Source of the DNA: Paramecium tetraurelia | Lineage: Eukaryota | Reading direction: 5' to 3' | Assembly (NCBI GenBank): GCA_000165425.1 | Contig: CT868541.1 | Coordinates: 164,096 to 228,095, forward strand | DNA: 64,000 nucleotides | Part shown: positions 15,348 through 27,600 of the stretch, one piece after another | Layout of the letters: the number at the start of each line of letters is the position of its first letter | How positions within the stretch are numbered: the first letter of the stretch is position 1 | Notes under the pieces: model-generated | Told to the model about the DNA's origin: nothing | Seen by the model: only the letters and a program-made list of their open reading frames with translations | The model's database searches: none | Translations under genes and position numbers: made by a program

Positions 15348-15934
15348 TCAAAAGGTAATTAATTTTTTTGATTTTCTTGCAGGTTATTCCTTTCTTCTAT
15401 TTTTTTTGATTTATTTATTTTTTGTTAAAGGTATGATCTCTTCCATAGCTCTGGCTTTATTTTCTCTTCTGACTTCTCTTTTGGATTTGACTCTGACTCC
15501 TTCCATTGCATTAATCAAATCATCTGCTTCATCATGTTGAACTTATTCATGTTATGGTTAATCATTCATTTCAATTTCTTCATCAACTTCAGGTTCTGGC
15601 TTGAAAACTACTTCCTGAACTGGCTTTCTTCTTGCTCCAACAAATTAAGTGGCTGTGTAGGGTAGAGATTAACTTCTAAAATCAACAATAGGTTAAGGTT
15701 TATATTTAGGAATTTAAGCAGATGGGTCATTTGGATGTAGAAACATATTTTTGGGTTGAGTAGGTCTTTGAAATTTCTAAAGAAAATTAAAACAATCAAA
15801 TTTACATTTTGTATGGTAGCCTCTAATTTTTAATTTAATTCATTAAGATCTTAATTGACTTTAACATTTTGGAGATGCTCTCTTTTGAGTGATCTCCATC
15901 TACGCATAACCTTAGATCTTTATGATTTTGCCAT
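15348..15934 (-). CDS. LLPH/YBL028C-like small basic nucleolar protein
   Basis: N-terminus MAKSQRSKVMRRWRSLKREH resembles the LLPH signature MAKSLRSKWKRKMR; basic C-terminus ARKSKKLITF; one intron near 15779-15805. Confidence 0.65.
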
Positions 15935-15980
15935 GAATTAAAAATTTTATAATTATTTTATAATGCACTATGATATATTT

Positions 15981-17162
15981 TCAATCGAATAATTTGGCCA
16001 AAAATCCTTTATCCTATTTCTATTATTGTTAGTTAGCGACTGGCTATTGTTATTATGGCTTTTGTTATTGCGGTTGTTATTACTATTGCTAATTTAATAA
16101 CATAATTTACTAAGGTTGGTGGGACTTGACTAACTTATTGTTACTACGGTAGTTGACTAATCTAAGGAGGTTGAGTAGGTGCCTGATGTCCTTGTTAGGC
16201 AATTAATTATTGTCCTTATGGTTGATAACCATAGACTAGAGGCTATGTTTAGGCAACAGGAGCTCCCACTCGAGTTTGGGATGCTTGATAAAGAACTGGG
16301 GTTTAGGGATAAGCTGTAGTTATTTGAGCAGGAGCTTATACAATTTGAGAAGCTTATCTAACTCTTGGACTTGATGTTTAATAGACTGGGACTGGTATCG
16401 TATTTTAAACAGATAGAGGTTGCTAAATATATTAGGTAGTGATTGGCTATTGATATGTAGTATATTGGGTTTAAGGAACATTCTAAATGATTTATTTTTA
16501 GACAACTGGTTAAGTTACTTATGTGACTACAGGCTATTAGACAGTTTAGACAATAGGAGTGGCTGTTTAGTATGTTTGAGTTGTCACAACTGGTTAAAAT
16601 TATGTTTACTGTACTTGTTGTACAGAGTTCTATTTTATTATAGAAATAGATTACTTAAAACATATTTTATCTTGTAACTGTTTAGTATTCAACTCTTTCA
16701 GCGACCTTTTCTACTGGTACGTATTCAATCACTTTTTCTTAGATTACTTAAGGAATATATTCAGTTTCATATTAAATAGCTTAATATTCAGTAATTTGTC
16801 TTGTTACAGGCACCTGAATTTATCTTCGTACTTCCTCATATTCCATTATAGTCTTTTCATAAGGAATGTACTCAATTCTTGACTCTCCTTTAACAGCTTA
16901 TCCAGTCTAAATTAAAACGATTATATACGGAGACTATGTTAGAACTTATTGCAGATGCACCTAAAACTGGTTGATTAACTAAAACTCCACCTCCTTAATA
17001 GAATCCACTTTAACTCAAGTTCTAATTTGTTACTATTTATTATTAGTTAATTGAATTTCCCAACATAATTGGTCTAACGAATTGAGGCTAACCTGCTAAA
17101 GTTTGAGGCGCTCCATAAAGAGCAGGTTATTAAACAATTGCTTATGGTTAATACTCAGCCAT
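15981..17162 (-). CDS. EPI: Epiplasmin (cortical membrane-skeleton protein)
   Basis: Core GESRIEYIPYEKTIMEYEEVRRQIQVPVTRQITEYQAIQYETEYIPQVIQEKVIEYVPVEKVAERVEYQTV flanked by P/V/Q/Y-rich segments; C-terminus KGFLAKLFD. Confidence 0.9.
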
Positions 17163-17972
17163 TTCCTTTTAATAAATTTTATTTTAATTCCTTTAAATCC
17201 CATCTATTTTAATTAAAATAAAAAAAGTTATTAAAAAATGAAAAAACAATTTCAAATCATTTAAAAAAGAGCCAAACCTTATTAATCAGACTGAGAGTAT
17301 TCTTCTTTTCAAAATTATTATACTTGTCAATTGAGTACTGCTAAATTCTGTTTGGACAATATTATCATATAAAAGTCTCTCTTAATAATTCTATACAATA
17401 GAATTTTTTGAATTCCTATTTAGGGTTGACCTAATATTAAAAGGTATATTATTGATTTAATATTTACATTTTGTTTATTATGATATTTTGTCTAATGGTG
17501 GAGTTTTTTTTTTACAAATGATGAGAGAATGAGAATTATTGTAAATTTCTATTCAATCTCTTCCTTAGATAAAAGTTGCCAGAAGCATATTTCCAATTAT
17601 TGATGAAAATCAACCTAAAAACAATAATAACTATATTTGGGTTCATCCAAATGAAATTTTTAACGAAGAAAAAAAGACAAATTAATTTTTATATAATATT
17701 TTAAAACAAATATTTATTTACAATTGCAATTTAAAATTAAATTTATTACTCAAGTTGTAATTTTATATAAAACTTACGATTCTAATTATTTTAAAGCATT
17801 TTTTTTGTTGTTTAATTAATTCTATTGAGGTGTTAATAATGGATATAGAGTATTTCTCTCAGCCTCATCTAGATCTAATAATAATCAAAATAATTGGATT
17901 CTAGTTGTCATAAAGTTTATTTCATTGGAATAATTAATTTTTATGGATGTAGTTATAATATATTTTAAATTT

Positions 17973-19138
17973 ATGGGAAATTCTAATAAAAAATCTGAGT
18001 ATGGAGACATTGCAATCCGAACAGAAAAACCATTTTATTTTGCAGGCGACTTGGTTAGAGGTGAATAATAAATGTAGTTCTAGGTAATATCTTTTTGAAC
18101 ATTTGCAAATCAGGTTATCAAGGAAATATCATTGAATTTACAGTTCAAGGGAAAGAGAAGACTGAGTGGGAAGAGGGAAGTGGTGATGAACAAAGAACTT
18201 ATAAAGGGAAAAATAAATTCTATTCCTAATCAGTTCCTATATACACATTTTCAAATCAGATAGCGTAAATTGGATAGTACGTATTTCCTTTCCAATTTTA
18301 ATTGCATCCAAATCTTCCTGGTTCATTTCACCATAAAAATCAATATGATTGTGGCTCTATATCATACAACGTGAAAGCAAAATTTACATCGACATAACCA
18401 AATAAACCAAGTATTCGAAATAAATAAGAATTCATGGTTAGAGAACCAATCAAGTAAAATGTAGTTGGATAAGAATAGGAAAGTACTACTAATCTAACTG
18501 AATGTTGTTGTAATAATAAAGGGGTATTTATGAAAAATCATTTTTAGAGTTCAAGACTCAAAAGTTTCTGTGATAAGAATCATTATCTACCAGGAGATAC
18601 TGCCTAATTAACTATTGAGGTCGATAATTCAAATTGCTATTTGAATATTGACTATTTTGAAATAGAATTGCATTAAGTGTTGATATTAAAAGCAAATTAC
18701 TCCACAACTAAATTAGCCCGAAAAATATTAACCTAAAGAATTCCAGGAATTCAGGCTCGATCTAAAAATGTTGGCTCTGAAAGCAGAAACGTTTCAATAA
18801 CTCTTTTGAATTAAATAAGGCCTTAAATTGAATTAACTCCTACAACTAATGGCAAACTAGTGAATCAATAATATTATCTCAGGGTTAATCCAAAATTTGA
18901 AGGTAATTTTCAATTTATATTTATAGGCTGTATTTGTTGTTCACAAAAACCTGTTATAACTTTCTAGATAGTATTATTATATCGGATTCCTTCTGATTAC
19001 ATTTAACCTCTTCCATAACCGCCTGATTGGAATCCTTAGACATTTGAGCCGGTTTTGATTGACTTTGAGCATTAATATCAAATGAATATTGCAAATAATA
19101 ATATGCAATAAAATGATCCTTTTATGAGCAAATATTGA
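17973..19138 (+). CDS. Arrestin-domain (alpha-arrestin-like) protein
   Basis: IRTEKPFYFAGDLVRG, VQGKEKTEW, GQYVFPFQFQLHPNLPGSF, GSISYNVKAKF, DKNHYLPGDTAQLTIEVDNS, PTTNGKLVNQQYYLRV; three micro-introns. Confidence 0.9.
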
Positions 19139-19759
19139 TTCAAGTTTAAAATGAAATAATTTGATATATCAAAATGTTTTATGTTCAATTTATTGTATTT
19201 TTCTACTCATCAGATGAAGACAAAACAAATTAACCTAAACACATAATCCAATTTAATTAAGATTCAAAGAATTAACGAACTAAAGTAGTAAAATCCAAAA
19301 GAGATACACACTTTAAAATTCAATTATTTATAATTTAAAAATTAAAACTTTTAGATTTTAATCCTTTACAGATATATTTTGACCAAAATCTCTACGAAAA
19401 TTAAAGTACCATTTTTTTTGCTAAATACATTGATATAATTCAAAATACCTATAATGAATATAAGCTATATAATAATATTATAATGTCCTTAAAAATTAGT
19501 TGAAAATGATAATACTTTATGAATGTATATTATTTAATATATATATATTTATTTTTTTATTGAATTACTGTTTGTTTAGTAAAAATACCATTATGTACAA
19601 TATAATTCAAAACTAGAAATTAATAATAACAATAATTAAATAAGAAATTAATAATATAAATGATATTTTGAATTATGATTAAGATCTATTATTTTAAGAT
19701 GATTGATGGAAGAAATTTCGATTATTAAAAACTGGAGTTTTATATAAATTAGTATAATT

Positions 19760-20986
19760 TCAATCAAAATCTAAATCAATAGCTTCTTTTTAACTGTGTG
19801 TTTTTTTTTCTATTTCGCTACCTTTAAAGATTAAGAATTATTTTTCGATATCTTCATTTCTATCTTCATAATCTAGAAATTATATTTTTCAGAGCATTTT
19901 TCTCTACAAAAGTTACATCTATTGAGCATTATTCCATTTTTAATATCAAATGACTAATTACAATTTACACATTAAGCCTAATCTTAATAGAATTATTACA
20001 TGGTACAAATTTTTATAATTTTTATAGCAATCTAAATTACAAAATTCATTGCATTGGACTTTAATTAAGTCTTTAATTAATAATTTAAAACAATTCCAAC
20101 AAGCTACCTTTTATATTCTCAGAAGTTATGCATTTTATTCATCATATGGCTTTTATTTTGAGATAGACATGGCGATTATATTATTATCAAAATTGTTTTA
20201 ATCGGAGTATGTTTATATACTAATATTTGTATTTTCTCCAATATGATTCTAATGCATATAATTAGAAATCTCTTCTAATTAATTCAAGATAAAGGATTAG
20301 CGAAAAATAATTTAATTTGTTAATCCTCTTCTTAGTTGTTGTTTTATTGAAAAGTTACTTTTTTAACAATATTTTGATCTTCATTTCTAAGGCTTGATTT
20401 TTGCATAAATTTAGTGAAACTCAAGTCAATAGATGGTTCTATGGTAATTGAATAAGAATACCTTCTAATTAATCATATTTAAGTTCATTTTATATGACAA
20501 CTTAATTCACTTCTACTGATTATTTAAGCTCTCTAATTTTCTTTATTAATCTAATTTAGTGACCTAATGGTATTTCCATTGATTGTAATTATTCTTTTTG
20601 TATGTCAAAAAGGATATCTAATTCTTCAAATCCATTTTCTTTAAATTTTTCGACATATGTGTCTAATTTGATTGATTTCAAAAATGTTTCTATAGGCTCT
20701 GACTTACTAGAAGGTGGCCTATCCTTAAGTACTTAATTAATTGTGTATTTTACTTCGATTATTTGGAGTTGTATTGTTTTACCATCTTACACTTTCTATC
20801 TAATCTCCTGATTATTTGCTTATTTAAGATCTTTCCATCCTTTAAGAATTCAAATTTTACTTAAGTTTTTCTAACTTTTCTGCCTAAGAATATATTCTAA
20901 TTGTACCATTTTTTTCGCTTCTTCTTGCATTTAAAGTGCAAAAGGATTGGTTGTTTTATTAGTTGATGAACCTCTATTTTTATCAT
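19760..20986 (-). CDS. SAM-domain protein with two CxxC..FCxxxC (TRASH/MYM/FCS-like) Zn fingers; apparent 1-nt frameshift near 19885
   Basis: SAM IETFLKSIKLDTYVEKFKENGFEELDILFDIQKEQLQSMEIPLGHQIRLIKKI; CWNC..FCNLDC and CVNC..FCREKC; 3' end inferred in shifted frame (DLDFD-TGA). Confidence 0.75.
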
Positions 20987-20997
20987 AATATTATATT

Positions 20998-23900
20998 ATG
21001 GATTTTGATTTCAACGAAGCTCAAAACTCTTTTCAGTTCCTCTAAGCGTAAAATAAGTTACCAATTAAGATGTCTCACAAACTTGAACTTCTTTTGGAGT
21101 GCATCAATAACTAAGAAATTGACACGTCTGTTTTCCATTCATTAGAACTAGAGGAGTGTCAGGGATTCATGAAGTTGAATAAGTAGGCCCAAAAAGAGAT
21201 GTTTATGTCGATCATTAAGTAGTATGCATATGTAATTTTGACTTTATTTATCAAAGGCTAATATGATCCCATCTGCTATAGGAGAGATTAAAGGGATTAT
21301 AGATGTTAGAACAAAAGTATTAAAAAGTTGGAAGTAAAAAGAGTTTAAGATAGACTCTAAATAAAGAACCTTTGAAATATTGAGAAAAAAGAACAGCAAA
21401 AAGAAACCTCGAATTATCTACCTCTAATATTATACTGTATAACCTTAGGAATTCAAAGATAAGCGCTATAGATTTGTTATTATTGCCAATTCTGAAGGTC
21501 ATGGTTACTACAAAACATTGGTTTGTGGGTCTGACGATAAAGTGCTTTATGACAAAGTGATCCAGGCACTTAAAACGATATCGTAATTTAAGGATCATGT
21601 GATGAGAGGGAGCATCCTACTTGAATCAAATGATTTTAATTAACCAAGAGCATTTAACAATTAACAATCTTTCATTACAACTAGATAAGATATGAAATTA
21701 GTGACATAGTCAGAAATCATTCCACAAAAACAAAACATGAATATTAAAATCACAAAGCAAACAGTAGAATCAGATATAAGGCCAATTCAATAGTAATAAT
21801 AGCAATATTAATAACAAACTCTTTCCTAGAATATCAAACAATAGCCAAATGCAAATGAATAAATTCTATAAAACGATTCCACAATCAAATAACAACAATA
21901 TCCATAAAATTTATAATAATAATAGGTATAATAACCCGTAATATATAATTAATTAGAGCAGTAATAATAATAGCAATAACACTCGCAATAGTAATAGTAA
22001 TAATAATAATATTAACAATAATAATAATAATCTTAATAATAATAATAATATTTATACTAATAATAATCATAAATATAAAAAAATTAAGAAGAATAATATA
22101 GATTATAATAAGATTAATTAATTTAGCAACAGAAAATTGATTAACAAAGATAATAGTATGAATAATAAAACTAATAATTACAATAATAAGAATAGTAATC
22201 AAAGATTTTGAAATAAGTACTGAGTCAGTAGGAAAATGAAATACCTTAACTTAAAAATGAACTAAAATATCCGTAAGTTTTTCAAATGTTATTCGAAGAG
22301 GGCAAATTTAATCCTGATTATTTTACTCAATCAAATAAATAATTCACTCAAGTTTATTCAAAAGATGGAGTATAAATATTGAAGGATTAAGGTAATTCAC
22401 TTAGCTTTAGATCAACCTTAACTCTATATAATGTTGAAATTGATAAGGTATTTTAATGTTTGGCTGAAATTGATTTTGTGAAAAAATGGAATGCAGTCAT
22501 CAATCCTAATGAAACAAAATTATTAAATCTGATGTAAAGCGAAAATTGTGGAATAATATATGAAAGACATAAGCCATATGGATTACTTTATTTGCCTAGA
22601 GATTTTGTGTATTTAAGGTATGTAACATACAGAGGAGATGACATTTTAATTGTAGACAAATCAATAGAAAATGAAGATGCGCCTCCCTATATGAAAGTGA
22701 TTAGGGGAGAGATTAATTACTAGATAACAGAGATCGTTAACAATGACAATAATATTTTAGTCAGAATTGAGACAGAAATTACGAATGGTGGTTTATCATC
22801 TGTGAGTCAAGACTGTGCAATTACTTAATGGTATTTAAGTGAACTTTCCCATTTTCAACAATTTTTGAAGACATACTCTGCAGTTTAGGAGATAATACAA
22901 TCTCCTCTTTTATAAATATTAAAAAGCACTAGACCAAATAAATAAAAAGAAATTATAGTAATAGATTAAGAGATATCCAGTATTCAATAATAATAAATTG
23001 TGTCTCCACAATCACTTTAATATACTTCTACAAATCAATAGTAAAGTATTATAGAACAATAATCAATGATTATTAAGGAAGTGAACTAACCTTTTCCGGT
23101 AACAACAGCGCATGACGAATAATTAAAATTTGAATAAGTTACTGAAAATCGTAGGATAACTTTAGATTAACTCCCAATAATAGCCACAGTACCAGAAACT
23201 GCTCCTTTAATAATTGACAATCAAAAAGAAATAAATGAGATTTAATAATACAATAAAGATATAGAAGATGCTGATTTAAGTAATTACACTCCAAGTGATT
23301 TCATTCAATAGACATTACCAGAGTTATCAGACAAAGAGATTGCTTAAGTTAAACAAATGATAAAAAATATTGAACAAGGTTTATGTGATTATACTTCAAA
23401 TTGTATATTCCACAAATATATCCAAGAACCTTAAAAGGTCAAGGATGAATACATTACTTAGATAAATGGAGGACATTACTTTTTAAGATAGGACTGGAAA
23501 AGAGATATGAAACATGGGGGAATGATATTTTATAATTAAAAGAAAATAGAGGCTTAAAAGAGAGTTATCAAATTTATGTTAAAATCAATAGGTTCTAATC
23601 TGTTGTCTGGTAAATCAATATTAAATATATCATTACCTGTTGAAGTTTTTGAAAGCAGATCCAATTTAGAAAGGTTTTGTTATTCATTTACATTTGCTCC
23701 TTAGATCTTAGAAAAGGCCGCTAAAATCGATAATATTCACGAGCAAATGAAATATACGATAGCATTTGGATGCAGTATTTATTTATTTTAATTTAGGTTC
23801 AATTATTATGTATATGTCTTTGGAGAAACCATTCAATCCTATTTTGGGAGAAACTTATTAAGGCTTCATCAATGGATGCCCGGTTTATGCTGAGTAGGTG

Positions 23901-24635
23901 AGTCATCATCCCCCTATCAGTGCTTTTTAATTGAAAGGTAGAGGATATGATATAGACGGACACATTGAATCAGCAGCTAGTATGCATGCAAATAGTGTTA
24001 CCGGAAAGAACATAGGATTTATTAGAGTCACCTACCACAATACGAAGTCAAAGCAAATCTTTATTTAATGTCCAGGAGTTTTAACAGGAACTGCTTTTGG
24101 AACCAGAGTATTTAATATAAATGGAAGGTCGTATACAATTGATTTGGTATCTAAAATTATGATTTTTAGGAAAATAATTTAATTGCTGATATGGCATTTA
24201 ATCCTGGAAGCAAAAATGTATTCAATAAGAAAGACTTATTACAAGACTAATTTATTGGCTATTTATACAAAGTAAAGCCTGGAGTGTTGAATAAATATAA
24301 AAAGGAAGGATATGCAAAATATTCTGGAATTGATTTTGATAAGGATGTTGAATAAAGAGTATGACATTTTTATATATTAGTTTTTTTCAATAAATGGTAT
24401 CTGGAATCAAATGGTTGAATTTGATGGGGTTAGATTGTTTGATACACTTGAGATGAATCCTCATGTAATGGTTAATCATCCATGTCCTTTGCCTTCAGAC
24501 TCAAATTTCCGATTGGATATTCTGTATTGGAAATTGAGGGATTTTGATAATTCTTAGAGGACAAAGGAAATATATGAAGTGAAGCAAAGAAATGATAGAA
24601 AATGGAGAGAGAAACTTACAGGTAAGAAACATTGA
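20998..24635 (+). CDS. Oxysterol-binding protein-related protein with PH and START domains
   Basis: PH-like KSWKQKEFKID (21290-21585), Q/N-rich linker, START-like KKWN..LPRDFVYLRY..VIRG (22330-22870), ORD with ISLPVEVFESRSNLE, KPFNPILGETY, EQVSHHPPISAF, LPSDSNFRLD. Confidence 0.92.
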
Positions 24636-24672
24636 GTTTTTGTATTGTATATTTTAATATAAAGTTTAATAT

Positions 24673-27600
24673 ATGGATAGATAAAAAGAATTATACCAAA
24701 AGGCTGTTTCCCTTATTAAATAAGAGAAATATAAAGAAGCATATGATGAATATTTGGATGTTTTGCTATTGAAAGATTGTAAATTCCAATTATTATGAAT
24801 AGAAAAAAACATAGAGTACAATATGCTGAGTGGATTATGCTTTTAGAAGTAAAAGAATTTTAAGAAAGCAGAAGAATTTTATCTGTACACACTTGAAAAA
24901 AGACCTGAAGACCCAAAAATATTAAATGCTCTCTTTAAATTGAATAAGGATGATATTAAAAATAAAGAAAAAGCAATTGAATATGGCTCAAAGCTAATAA
25001 CAATTTAGTAAAATTTTATGTAATGATTAGCAAAAAAACAGATATTGGAAAGGCAATGGAAGCAATAGTTGGATATTGTGAAATTTTACATGAAATGTAG
25101 GAGAGAAAAAAGTTGGATACTTATTTTCTGGAATTATTAAAACATGGTTCAGTGGAATAAGTTCTTAAGGTAGCAAAATTATATATTCCATTAATTATCG
25201 ATCTTAAATTAATAGATGTGACTTAACCAAAATCATTTAACTCTATAATTTCCCAATTTTCACAAAAGATTTATAATTAAACCCAAAATTTTGAAATAAT
25301 AGAAAACATTGCTAGAAAAGTAGTATCGAAATTCCCTGTGAACTATAGAGATATTATATTTGGATTAGCCATTTCTAAAGAGCATTATGTTGTATTGTTT
25401 GATTGGCTAGAATTGCTTCCTTCGAGTTGTTTCTTATTGGACTAAGTTTTGAGGTATTGTCACTGCTTTCTTGATTATAAAATCAAATTCTTGTTAGAAT
25501 AGAGTATCATTTTATTGAATGATGCAAATGGAGAATCGACTTATCTAAACTATAAAATTTATGATGAAGAACAGTATAATAAAACTATATTGAAGGCATA
25601 ATCCTTCTTAGCATTTATGAGGATCTATGCCTCTTAGATCGTCCAATAATGTGGAGATTAATTTTTATCAGCCATAGATAAATTATTATAATAAAACAAT
25701 TTTGATATCATTGAAAAAAATAAGGATTATACAATTTTAGAATTGCCTCTAAAAGTTGCTTAATTATTTAAGAGTGGAAATAAAGAAAATACATAATTAG
25801 CAAATACTTTGATGGTTGATTTCAATAAGAAAATGAAATAATTAAAAAACTCTGATTTTGATGTTTCTGTGTTAGAAGAGGTAGGAGCTAATCTTGGATA
25901 TGATATTTTAGCAGATCCAGTAGAATTAATGGAAATGAAAAATTTACTAAAGATAAGAATTAAAAATAAGGCATATTCACTTGAAACATATGAAAAATAT
26001 TTTGATTATCAAATGAAACTAGTCTCCTTGATTAGACATTATGATGAAGAATTGTCTATGTAATTAATTTTTGAAAAGATACTATCTGACGATCCATAAA
26101 ATCTCAAAGTTCAGATTAATTATGATTGGCTTAAGTTTTCAGAAAATAAAATCTCACAATCACAATTGATTGAAATATATTAAAAATATCTCCCTGCCCC
26201 ACCAAAGATTGAACAAATCATTTACAAAAGAATAGGAACACTAAAATTAATAAATAATTAAATAAATGAAGCAAAAGCTTGTTTTGAAAAAATATAAGGT
26301 GATGATTACGAGGCCAGTTTGGCGCTTGGTATGATAGCATTCTATTAGAAATAATACTCAGAATCCTTAGAACATTTATATAGAGCTTTTAATTATTGTC
26401 AAACTAATTACCATTTAAATTAAATAATAATGTTTGTATTAAACAAATTAAAATAAAAAGATAAGGCTTTGGAATTTGCTATTAACATTTATAAGTTGTA
26501 ACAATTTTAGAATGTCTATTGGTTAAGCTTTACAATAGGGTAGCACTTAATGTAGAATGTTTAATTTGGCAAAGCTCATGACATTTTATAGAAAGCAGCT
26601 GATCAATTTCATTTTAATGTAGAAAAAACTTATAAATTGTATTATGAGAAGAAATTTGATTAAGGAGATTTTTCGATTCCTTATTTTATTAATTAGAATG
26701 ATAATTTATATTTATCTGATTATCCTGTTTTTTCTTCAAATTATTTAGTAAATTAAGGAATGATTGTTTTAACTGAATAATATTTTTAGGATGAAAAATA
26801 TTTAAAATTATTTAAATTAGAGATGAAGTTAGCTGAATTAAAAAAAATATTAGGATTACAAGGTTCTGCCTTAAAGAGTTTGGAGAAAGCAGAAGAATTG
26901 CTATTAAGCGAAAACAATAACTAAATATCAGAATTAGATAATTATTTGACAATGAAATGTGATGAGACAACTAATAAAGGAAAATTAATTAAATTTACAC
27001 AACAATTAAATTAAATATAAATTTAAAGCAGATGGGTTTGTACTCTTAGAGCCAAGAAAATAGGTTAATAATATTCTAAACTTTTGATTTTGCATAACTT
27101 TGAATGTGCTTAATTGTAATTATATGGATAATAGGAATACTTTAGTTAGGAAAGAATGATTTAAGGGTTATTAATGTCAATTCATAATTTTGATGATTAA
27201 GAAATTCAAATCTTGATCAAAAGTTATTTATGTTTTGTTTTTGAAATTGCTACATAACAAATAAAAAATCAACTAGTTTATGGAGCAGACGGAGTTTAAT
27301 TATTAGCTTAGAAATACTTAAGCCTATTTGAATTGATTTCATCTCAATTACAGTTAAATGTTTATGCATGTGAATGTTTAAGAGAATTCTTTTATTTATT
27401 AGGAATATATCATGATGCCTAGTATTTTTCTCAGAGTCTAAAATACTCATAAATAGTTATAAAATTATTATGTCAAGTCGACATTGCAGATTAATTCGAT
27501 TTATAAGAAACCTTTTAACATATGCGAAGTATTTTAAACGGATAAGATAAAAAGTAGCTGATTGTAAAAAATAATTTGCAATCTTTATTATTAACTCGTA

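Noticed and set aside
21885..22202. 105-aa hydrophobic Ile-rich ORF resembling a membrane protein
   Set aside because: Reverse complement of the Q/N-rich linker of the OSBP-related gene
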